This document shows, piece by piece, positions 1 to 7,030 of a stretch of 15,638 nucleotides of DNA. Within the stretch, counting starts at the first letter, position 1. Each line of letters starts with the position of its first letter. A program made the translations under genes and the position numbers. The notes beneath the pieces are model-generated. The model had not been told where the DNA came from. It made no database searches and saw only the letters and a list, made by a program, of their open reading frames with translations. Source of the stretch: Bdellovibrionota bacterium (GTDB taxonomy: Bacteria > Bdellovibrionota_C > UBA2361 > JBIKWN01); the NCBI GenBank assembly GCA_044356295.1, contig JBIKWN010000059.1, positions 1 to 15,638 of the forward strand, read 5' to 3'.

Positions 1-483
1 GATGTTGAAATTAAAAAGAACGCTGACTATATCAGAAGAAATGGTGCATGGGTTCGAAATCCATCACTTCGAACAAATGTTCGCGTTGCGGGTTTTGTTC
101 TTGGAAAAGATACAAGGAAAATTACAGTACATCGTGATGGCAGAAAAGTTGGCGAGATTCGTCTTTCTAATAGAACTAACACAGAAGGTATTCGTACATT
201 TAAGTTTAGAATTCCTGAAGCAAATGGAGCCATAACTTTTCGTGCATATTCAAAAGACGCTCAAGCATTTCAGAAAACATATGCTTTTCTTCCACGAGTT
301 TATCAGCGATTCAAACAAGATGAAGATGGATATTATATCCTTCCATTCGGAACAGCTTCAGGTGATGAAATTGGACTTTCAAGTTTTGATGCACGTTTAG
401 ATCGTTTCTTTAGAGTTGGGAGAGCTGGCACTACTGGATCGAGCTGGGATGGTAGTGAGAATCGTGGATTCGATGTATTTTGA
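1..483 (+). CDS. 5'-truncated hypothetical protein (160 codons visible), possible bacterial Ig-like beta-sandwich domain
   Basis: Frame +1 is open from base 1 to TGA at 481-483 (DVEIKKNADYIRRNGAWVRNPSLRTNVRVAGFVLGKDTRKITVHRDGRKVGEIRL...GFDVF*). It ends 2 nt before the convergent tpiA stop. It has no start codon in the window, so the ORF track missed it. Confidence 0.8.
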   Translation, partial: DVEIKKNADYIRRNGAWVRNPSLRTNVRVAGFVLGKDTRKITVHRDGRKVGEIRLSNRTNTEGIRTFKFRIPEANGAITFRAYSKDAQAFQKTYAFLPRVYQRFKQDEDGYYILPFGTASGDEIGLSSFDARLDRFFRVGRAGTTGSSWDGSENRGFDVF

Positions 484-485
484 TA

Positions 486-1259
486 CTACAACGAAGCAGC
501 CTTTACCAAAGCCAAGAAGTTTTCCACCTTCAAACTAGCACCACCAACAAGTCCGCCGTGAACTCCTGGAACAGAGAGTATCTCTGAAAAGTTTTCTGGA
601 GTAACGCTTCCACCATACAGTAGTCCTCGAATTTTTTTAGCCCCTAATTCTGCAGATCGTTCTAAAATAAATTGGTGTGTCTCTTGAATCATTGCAGGCG
701 TTGCAGTTTTCCCTGTCCCAATAGCCCATACAGGTTCATAGGCGATAATTATTTTTTTGATTTCATCTTCGTTAAGTGTTGGCAGAACTGCTTCTAATTG
801 GGATGACAGAGTTGTATTCGTTTTTCCACTTTCACGTTCTGACAGATTTTCACCGATGCAAAAAACGGGAGTAATTCCTTGGGTCAAGGCACCTTTAACA
901 CGGAGTGCAATCTGTTGATTTGATTCTTCAAAAACATTTCTTCGCTCAGAGTGACCAATCAATGAGAATGTTGCACCGACATCTTTCAACATCAATGCAG
1001 AAACTTCACCGGTAAAGGCTCCTTTTTCAGCGCCGCAGATATTTTGAATTCCGACTTTTACGGCAGACCCTTTCACTGCTTGAATAACGGCAGGAACAGC
1101 AAAATAAGATGGAGCAATCCAAACTTGAACTGCTCCATTATTTACTCCCTCAAGATTTGCAACTTGTTCCTTAATGCCTGAGGCAAGTGCAACAGAATCA
1201 GAAACTAAAAGATTCATCTTCCAGTTTCCAATCACAAATTTTTCTTGAGGTACTGCCAT
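486..1259 (-). CDS. tpiA: Triosephosphate isomerase
   Basis: Motifs GNWKMN, GHSERR, AYEPVWAIGTG, YGGSV and LVGGASL. ATG at 1259 is preceded by a TAAGGA SD and is preferred over the TTG at 1265. Confidence 0.98.
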   Translation of the reverse strand: MAVPQEKFVIGNWKMNLLVSDSVALASGIKEQVANLEGVNNGAVQVWIAPSYFAVPAVIQAVKGSAVKVGIQNICGAEKGAFTGEVSALMLKDVGATFSLIGHSERRNVFEESNQQIALRVKGALTQGITPVFCIGENLSERESGKTNTTLSSQLEAVLPTLNEDEIKKIIIAYEPVWAIGTGKTATPAMIQETHQFILERSAELGAKKIRGLLYGGSVTPENFSEILSVPGVHGGLVGGASLKVENFLALVKAASL

Positions 1260-1289
1260 GTTCAATCCTTACTTCTTGATATTTTTAAA

Positions 1290-2297
1290 TTAGCTGTTCA
1301 TAAATTTAGTAACATCGAGCATACGAGCAGAAAAGCCCATCTCGTTATCATACCAAGAAACAACCTTTGCCATTTTCCCACCGATAACCATTGTCAGTGC
1401 TGCATCAATTGTAGATGAAGCTGTATTTCCAATGTAGTCAACTGACACCAGTGGTTCTTCACTAAATCCAAGAACACCTTTCATAGCACCATTACTAGCA
1501 GTTTGCAGAGCTCTGTTAATATCTGCTGCAGTAGTCTCTCGTTCAAGTTCGCAAACGAAATCTACAATTGATACATCACAGGTCGGAACACGAACTGCGT
1601 ATCCATCAACTTTTCCTTTTAAAGCAGGGATAACAAGTCCTACTGCTTTAGCCGCACCAGTTGTTGTTGGGATCATTGACATTGCGGCTGCCCGGGCTCT
1701 GCGAAGATCTTTGTGAGGAAGATCTAAAATTTGTTGATCATTTGTATACGAGTGAATTGTTGTCATCGTTCCTTTCACAATGCCAAAATTTTCTTGAATG
1801 ACTTTTGCCATTGGCGCTAAGCAGTTTGTCGTACAAGAGGCGTTTGAAATTATGTGATGGTCTGAAGCTTTATACTCAGTGTGATTAACACCAAAACATA
1901 TGGTAATATCTGGGTCAGTTGCAGGAGCAGAGATGATTACTTTTTTCGCACCGGCTTCGATATGGGCTCCTGCTTTTTCTTTTTTAGTAAATATCCCAGT
2001 ACATTCATGAACGAACTCAACTCCTTGGCTTTTCCAAGGAAGTTTTGTTGGGTCTTTTTCTGCAGTAATAGAAATAGTTTTGCCATTTATTGTGATCGAT
2101 TTTTCAGAGCATGTTACTTCTCCATTGAATCTTCCATGAACAGAATCGTATTTAAAAAGGTGAGCAAGGGTTGCTGTGTCTGTTAAGTCATTTATAGCAA
2201 CGAGCTCGATCCCATGATTTTTATATGCGTCACTGAATAAAAGGCGGGCGATATTTCGTCCAATTCTTCCAAAGCCGTTAATAGTAATTTTAGTCAT
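1290..2297 (-). CDS. gap: Type I glyceraldehyde-3-phosphate dehydrogenase
   Basis: INGFGRIGR Rossmann motif, catalytic ASCTTNC, TTGAAKA and WYDNE; AAGGA SD upstream. Confidence 0.98.
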   Translation of the reverse strand: MTKITINGFGRIGRNIARLLFSDAYKNHGIELVAINDLTDTATLAHLFKYDSVHGRFNGEVTCSEKSITINGKTISITAEKDPTKLPWKSQGVEFVHECTGIFTKKEKAGAHIEAGAKKVIISAPATDPDITICFGVNHTEYKASDHHIISNASCTTNCLAPMAKVIQENFGIVKGTMTTIHSYTNDQQILDLPHKDLRRARAAAMSMIPTTTGAAKAVGLVIPALKGKVDGYAVRVPTCDVSIVDFVCELERETTAADINRALQTASNGAMKGVLGFSEEPLVSVDYIGNTASSTIDAALTMVIGGKMAKVVSWYDNEMGFSARMLDVTKFMNS

Positions 2298-2450
2298 ATG
2301 AATTTCCTTAAAAGGTATATTGGTGAAAGGTCCAAAATCGAGCCTTCGACCCTAATCCTGCCAAAAATTCGGAAAAAATCCAACCAATTGCGGGAGTTGT
2401 TTTAAATAGATTAAACTATAGTTCGTTTATATCAGTATTTGGAGAATCTT

Positions 2451-3152
2451 ATGGATCCTATAGTCGCGGCTGCAGCGCCAGCTATTCAGCATGCTTCACT
2501 TTTTGAGATGGTGACAAGTTCTGGATTGGTTGTTCAATCCGTACTTTATTCGCTCATCTTACTCTCAATTGCATGCTGGTCGATTACGATTCAAAAAATC
2601 TTACAATTTCGTAAAGCAAATCAAGATACCAACGCATTTACTCAGCTTTTCTGGGAGACCAGGAATTTTGCACGAATTGATGATGGCTCTCGTCGACTTG
2701 CATCGAGTCCTCTTACAAAAGTGTTTGCCAGCGGATATCGAGAGATAATGGCGATGATACAAGATTCTCCTTCTAAAAAAGCAGAGCTTGATCTTGAAAT
2801 GGTTGAGCGTGCTTTAAGACGCGCCGAAGTAGATGAATCAGCTCGACTAGAAAAAGGCGTTACCTTTCTAGCTACAACTGCAAGTGCAGCACCTTTTATT
2901 GGTCTTTTTGGAACTGTTTGGGGAATCATGAATGCATTTCATGGATTAGGTGATGCAAAATCGTCAACTCTACAAGCTGTTGCACCTGGAATATCAGAAG
3001 CACTCGTTGCAACTGCCATTGGACTTGCAGCGGCAATTCCTGCAGCGATTGCTTATAACTTTTTTACAGTAACCATTAAAAGATTTCGGCAATCAATGTC
3101 TAGTTTTTCTGCCGAGTTTATAAACGTTGCCAAGAAGTCGTTTCCAAAATAA
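2451..3152 (+). CDS. tolQ: TolQ (MotA/TolQ/ExbB proton channel)
   Basis: LATTASAAPFIGLFGTVWGIM and VAPGISEALVATAIGLAAAIPA motifs; first gene of a tol-pal cluster. ATG 2451 follows GGAG (2441-2444) and is preferred over TTG 2439. Confidence 0.95.
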   Translation: MDPIVAAAAPAIQHASLFEMVTSSGLVVQSVLYSLILLSIACWSITIQKILQFRKANQDTNAFTQLFWETRNFARIDDGSRRLASSPLTKVFASGYREIMAMIQDSPSKKAELDLEMVERALRRAEVDESARLEKGVTFLATTASAAPFIGLFGTVWGIMNAFHGLGDAKSSTLQAVAPGISEALVATAIGLAAAIPAAIAYNFFTVTIKRFRQSMSSFSAEFINVAKKSFPK

Positions 3153-3172
3153 TTTATAATTGAGAGTCCCCT

Positions 3173-3607
3173 ATGAGTTTTTCTGCAGATGACGGAGATA
3201 GCATAAAATCAGAGATAAATGTAACGCCCCTTGTGGATGTTATGTTAGTGCTTCTCGTAATTTTTATGGTGACAGCACCAATGATGCAGCAGGGGGTTGA
3301 AGTTGAACTTCCCAAGGCTACCACTGCACCACTTAAGGGAACGGATGAGCAGATTGTCCTGAGCGTAAACAAAGATGGCAAAGCATTTCTGGGGGCTGAT
3401 AACGAAGTTCCTCTTGATTCACTTGGTATTAAAGTGAAAGCAATTTTTGAAAATCGAGCTGAAGCCGACAAAAAAATCTATATCAAGGGTGATACCGGCG
3501 CATCATACGGCGACATTATGGCTGTGATGGGGCGTTTACATGAGTCTGGAATTTATCAAATAGGTCTTATTTCAGGGATGCCTGAAGGTGGGAAAAAATC
3601 GAAATAA
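3173..3607 (+). CDS. tolR: TolR (ExbD/TolR family)
   Basis: EINVTPLVDVMLVLLVIFMVTAP with the conserved TM Asp; C-terminal IKGD...YG.IM.VM..L...G pattern. Confidence 0.95.
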   Translation: MSFSADDGDSIKSEINVTPLVDVMLVLLVIFMVTAPMMQQGVEVELPKATTAPLKGTDEQIVLSVNKDGKAFLGADNEVPLDSLGIKVKAIFENRAEADKKIYIKGDTGASYGDIMAVMGRLHESGIYQIGLISGMPEGGKKSK

Positions 3608-3618
3608 TTTTTTAAGCT

Positions 3619-4470
3619 GTGAGTAAACTGTATTCCTCATTTGGATCTTCTCATTCATCTTTAGAAGATCAAGCATTTCAGCGACAAGGACTGATAGCTT
3701 CAATTGTCGGGCACTTAGCTCTTGCACTTGTTATGTTTTTAAATTTCGGAGGCGGTTGGGGTGGTTTTGAACAGCCTGTAATTTATTCAGTGACTATTGA
3801 GGGTGGTAAGAAGCTTGGAGGTATCGCGCAAGTTCCTGAAAAAGATCAAAAGGCACCTCTCGCTCCACCAAAAAAAACTTCTAGCGATGAGAAAAAAGTT
3901 GAAGAGGTTAAGCCCGAACCTAAAGTAGAAAAGAAGATCGAAGAACCCAAGATACCAGAAGCAGAAACTGGTGAAGTACAAATTAAAAAGAAAGTTGAAA
4001 CAAAAAAATCAGAGACTAAACCAGAGAAAAAAGAGCCTCCCAAAAAAGCAGTAGATCCCAAAGAAGAAGCTAACAAAAAATATCAAGAAGCAATGCAGCG
4101 TTACCTTGGAGAAAGCTCGAACGCTGGAGCTGGGAATCAATTCGGAGCTGCAGCTCTTGGTGGAAATGGGATGGGAGGGGGAGTTGTTCGACCCCCAGAG
4201 TTTTTTGCTTATATGAAGAAACTTGAGGAATACATAAAATCTGGTTGGATTTGGAATGACAATACAGCATCCCTAGTTTCGCAAGTAGTATTTGAAATGG
4301 CGCCTGATGGAAGAATTAGTAATATTACCGTTACGAAAGGCTCAGGTAATAGGAATTATGATGATTCTGTTTATCGTGCTGTATTAAAAGCTAGTCCCGC
4401 TCCACCACCACCTGCTATTGTTTATGAATTTTTTAGATCTGTTCGTATGACTTTCGATCCAAGAGAGTGA
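3619..4470 (+). CDS. tolA: TolA/TonB-family energy transducer
   Basis: N-terminal TM helix with S-x3-H (SIVGHL), Lys/Glu/Pro-rich linker, and TonB_C-like C-terminal domain (FEMAPDGRISNI...GSGNRNYDDSVYRAV..ASPAPPPP). Lies between tolR and tolB; GTG start is uncertain. Confidence 0.85.
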   Translation: MSKLYSSFGSSHSSLEDQAFQRQGLIASIVGHLALALVMFLNFGGGWGGFEQPVIYSVTIEGGKKLGGIAQVPEKDQKAPLAPPKKTSSDEKKVEEVKPEPKVEKKIEEPKIPEAETGEVQIKKKVETKKSETKPEKKEPPKKAVDPKEEANKKYQEAMQRYLGESSNAGAGNQFGAAALGGNGMGGGVVRPPEFFAYMKKLEEYIKSGWIWNDNTASLVSQVVFEMAPDGRISNITVTKGSGNRNYDDSVYRAVLKASPAPPPPAIVYEFFRSVRMTFDPRE

Positions 4471-4509
4471 GATACCCCATAAATCTCCCCATCTACTCCC
4501 CCGTGTACT

Positions 4510-4652
4510 CCCGTGAACGTGACCTTGAGCGTAGGCGTGAGCTAGCTTCCTTAAATAGTGGTTATTCTTTTTTTATAGTTCTCTAATTTTTGGTTTGTAT
4601 CTTTCCTTTTCTTTGGAATTATTCGCTCACGCTCACGCTCACGCTCACGGGG
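4510..4652. repeat. Inverted hexamer-repeat doublet A (REP/REPIN-like)
   Basis: Left arm 4510-4542 is CCC-GTGAAC-GTGACC-TTGAGC-GTAGGC-GTGAGC. Right arm 4625-4652 is (GCTCAC)x4-GGGG. The interior is 82 nt and T-rich. Outer ATCTCCCC (4483-4490) is also complementary to GGGGAGAT (4656-4663). Confidence 0.85.
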
Positions 4653-4717
4653 AAGGGGGAGATAATCAATTTGTGAAATAGATTTTTACTGCCCCACTGT
4701 TGCCACAAGGTCTCCTG

Positions 4718-4726
4718 TGCTAATTT
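4718..4726 (+). promoter_or_regulatory. Putative extended -10 promoter (TGcTAATTT) for a leaderless tolB transcript
   Basis: TANNNT sits at -12 to -7 relative to the tolB ATG (4733), with a TGn extension and TTGCCA at 4700-4705. No SD precedes the ATG. Confidence 0.45.
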
Positions 4727-4732
4727 TCCACC

Positions 4733-6037
4733 ATGAAAAAGCTTGTCCTTACTCTTCTACTATCGCTTGTAATTAGCACCACGGTTTCTGCGCAAACAGA
4801 TATCTATGTAAGAGGAGCTGCAAGGCTTATTCCGATAGGTTTACCTCAACTTTGTTTAGTCGGAGGCGACGCGTCAATTTCAAAAGAGATCCCTGAACTT
4901 ATTTCTCGAGATCTAGATCTATCTGGCTACTTTGAAGTTTTAAATCCTAATGCCTACATAGAATCTCCAGGAAAATGTGGCGGACAAACAGGCATCGTTT
5001 ACTCAGATTGGAGTGTTCTTAAAGCAGATGGCGTTGTTCGAGGTGAAGTCTCTTCAAGTGGTGGAAACATTACCGTTAAAATGTACCTACACGATATCGG
5101 TAAACAAACTGTTGTACTTGGTAAAGAGTACACTGCTGGGATTGCAGATGTTTCAAAAATTGCTCACCGTTTTGCCAATGAATTAATGAAATATTACACC
5201 GGTGAGTGGGGACCATTCGGAACTCAGATAGTTTTCTCTACTAAAATTGGGAGATTCAAAGAGCTTGCAGTAATGGATCTAGATGGTGGGAACCTTCGCC
5301 AAATAACTAATGATAAATCCTTATCGATATCGGCAGCATGGTCACCAGATCAGTCGAAGATTGTGTATACTTCATACAGAAATAGAGTTCCTGATATTTT
5401 CACATTCGACTTAGGCTCTAGAAGAGCCTCTCAGGTGACTGATAATACTAAAATGGATCTTGGAGCAAAGTTTTTGCCGAATAGTTCTGATATTTTGTAT
5501 TCAGCGTCTGATGGTTTGCAGTCAGAGATCGTTGTTGCAAATAGTAGAGGCAATACTATTAAGCAGCTCACTCGCTCTAATGGCATTATTGATGTTTCGC
5601 CACACTTTTCACCTGACTATTCGCGAATAGTATTCTGCTCAAACAGAGCTGGAGGTCCACAAATCTATACAATGAATGCTGATGGTTCTGACGTCAAAAG
5701 AATTAGCTTTGTAACTTCTAATTATTGTACGAGCCCTTCATGGTCTCCAAAAAATGATAAGATAACCTTTGTATGCAGAGCGGATTCTGGGTTTCAGTTG
5801 TTTGTAGCTAACATTGATGGATCTAATCCTCAACAACTGACTAGTTATGGGGATAATGAGGATCCCGATTGGTCGCCTGATGGTAGATATTTGGTTTTTG
5901 GGTCGACGCTTGGAAAAAGCAGTATTTTTTCTTTAGCACTTATGAGATCTGATGGAAGCAATCTTAAACAGTTAACAACTGGAAGAGGGGGCGATTCTCA
6001 GCCTTCTTGGGGTCCGCAGCTAGATAGACCTGAGTAG
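4733..6037 (+). CDS. tolB: TolB periplasmic beta-propeller protein
   Basis: Signal peptide ending VSA-Q, N-terminal alpha/beta domain (DLDLSGYF, IAHRFAN), and repeated PD40 blades (AWSPD, PHFSPD, PSWSPK, PDWSPDG, PSWGP). Confidence 0.97.
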   Translation: MKKLVLTLLLSLVISTTVSAQTDIYVRGAARLIPIGLPQLCLVGGDASISKEIPELISRDLDLSGYFEVLNPNAYIESPGKCGGQTGIVYSDWSVLKADGVVRGEVSSSGGNITVKMYLHDIGKQTVVLGKEYTAGIADVSKIAHRFANELMKYYTGEWGPFGTQIVFSTKIGRFKELAVMDLDGGNLRQITNDKSLSISAAWSPDQSKIVYTSYRNRVPDIFTFDLGSRRASQVTDNTKMDLGAKFLPNSSDILYSASDGLQSEIVVANSRGNTIKQLTRSNGIIDVSPHFSPDYSRIVFCSNRAGGPQIYTMNADGSDVKRISFVTSNYCTSPSWSPKNDKITFVCRADSGFQLFVANIDGSNPQQLTSYGDNEDPDWSPDGRYLVFGSTLGKSSIFSLALMRSDGSNLKQLTTGRGGDSQPSWGPQLDRPE

Positions 6038-6068
6038 TCGAGGTAAGCAAAGCACTACTACTTCCTCC

Positions 6069-6263
6069 CCCTTGACCGTGACCCTGAGCGTAGGCGTGAG
6101 CGAACGTTATCTAGATCCATTTAGAGACCTAATCCTTCTAATTGCCACCTGTTTTTTAAAACTAAGTGTTAATTTCTATTATTAGATAAGCTCAACTTTA
6201 GCTTATTTAGTTATCAATGACTTTCTGCTCGCTCACGCTCACGCTCAGGGTCACGGTCAAGGG
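6069..6263. repeat. Inverted hexamer-repeat doublet B (REP/REPIN-like)
   Basis: 6069-6103 (CCCTTGACCGTGACCCTGAGCGTAGGCGTGAGCGA) matches the reverse complement of 6229-6263 at 33/35 positions. The interior is 125 nt and AT-rich. Confidence 0.92.
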
Positions 6264-6312
6264 TTAGATTTGCTCTTGGCTTGATGAAGGTGACTCCAAC
6301 CCCTAAAATAAA

Positions 6313-6340
6313 TTGACTTTTTTCTCTCTTTTCTTAGATT
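6313..6340 (+). promoter_or_regulatory. Putative sigma70 promoter for pal
   Basis: TTGACT (6313-6318), 16 nt spacer, TAGATT (6335-6340); AGGAG SD at 6419-6423. Confidence 0.45.
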
Positions 6341-6429
6341 TACTCTTGCTAACAAGCCTTGTCTGGATGTAAGTTTCATGTGGCTTTATTCAAAAAGTTA
6401 TTATTTGTTAATTTATACAGGAGTGATAG

Positions 6430-6870
6430 ATGAAAGTTTCTAAAATTCTTCTTGTGAGTGCCCTTGGCCTTCTTATGGCTGGCTGCTCATGCAAGGTGAA
6501 GAATGTCGGTGATGAGAACATTGGAGATGGTTCCGGTGGTCCTCTTAAAGATATCAATTTCGCATTTGATTCTTATAAGCTTGATAACAAAGCTAAAGGA
6601 ATCCTAGACGGAAATGCTGAATGGCTTAAATCAAATCCTGAAAACAAAGCTCAGGTTGAAGGTCATTGTGATGAGCGTGGTACAAATGAGTACAACATGG
6701 CGCTTGGTGCAAACCGCGCACGTGCTGCTCAGGAATACCTCAAGAAAGCAGGAATTGCTGCTACACGCTTGAGCACAGTGAGCTATGGTGAAGAGATGCC
6801 TCTTGACCCAGCACACAATGAAGCTGCATGGGCTAAGAACAGAAGAGTTCACCATAACGTTTCTAAATAA
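6430..6870 (+). CDS. pal: Peptidoglycan-associated lipoprotein Pal
   Basis: Lipobox LMAG-C; OmpA-like domain motifs INFAFD, EGHCDERGTNEYNMALGANRA, VSYGEE and NRRV. Confidence 0.97.
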   Translation: MKVSKILLVSALGLLMAGCSCKVKNVGDENIGDGSGGPLKDINFAFDSYKLDNKAKGILDGNAEWLKSNPENKAQVEGHCDERGTNEYNMALGANRARAAQEYLKKAGIAATRLSTVSYGEEMPLDPAHNEAAWAKNRRVHHNVSK

Positions 6871-6904
6871 TTAGTTCTCGATTATTCGAGTAAATTATTG
6901 TTGG

Positions 6905-6944
6905 ACCCTGTCAAGGCTATGTCTTGGCAGGGTTTATTTTTTTT
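6905..6944 (+). terminator. Intrinsic terminator after pal
   Basis: Stem ACCCTGTCAAGGC (6905-6917) / GTCTTGGCAGGGT (6921-6933) with two G-U pairs and a 3-nt loop, followed by TTATTTTTTTT. Confidence 0.85.
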
Positions 6945-7030
6945 ATTGTATCCACATAAAAATTTTTCACAGTATTTTGTAAGTTCATCAATCAGAATAT
7001 TATTATAGCGGTTTAGTTTTTACATTTTTT

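Noticed and set aside
2..235. 77-aa (+) and 68-aa (-) ORFs in the track
   Set aside because: Both overlap the longer frame +1 ORF (1-483), which fills the space up to tpiA.
3787..4270. Hydrophobic minus-strand ORFs opposite tolA
   Set aside because: These are antisense shadows of the Lys/Glu-rich linker and have no recognisable motifs.
2451..4470. ExbB-ExbD-TonB call instead of TolQRA
   Set aside because: The families are homologous, but downstream tolB, pal and cpoB favour Tol-Pal.
4510..6263. Interpreting the repeats as a CRISPR array
   Set aside because: The arms are inverted rather than direct, the interiors are 82 and 125 nt, the copies are separated by whole genes, and no cas genes are present.
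6069..6263. Autonomous IS or classical TSD-flanked MITE
   Set aside because: No transposase ORF is present and no target-site duplication is visible at the ends. Kept only as a REP/REPIN-like candidate.
6877..6890. Small CTCGA/TCGAG hairpin after the pal stop
   Set aside because: A 5-bp stem is expected by chance, and the strong hairpin at 6905-6933 already explains termination.
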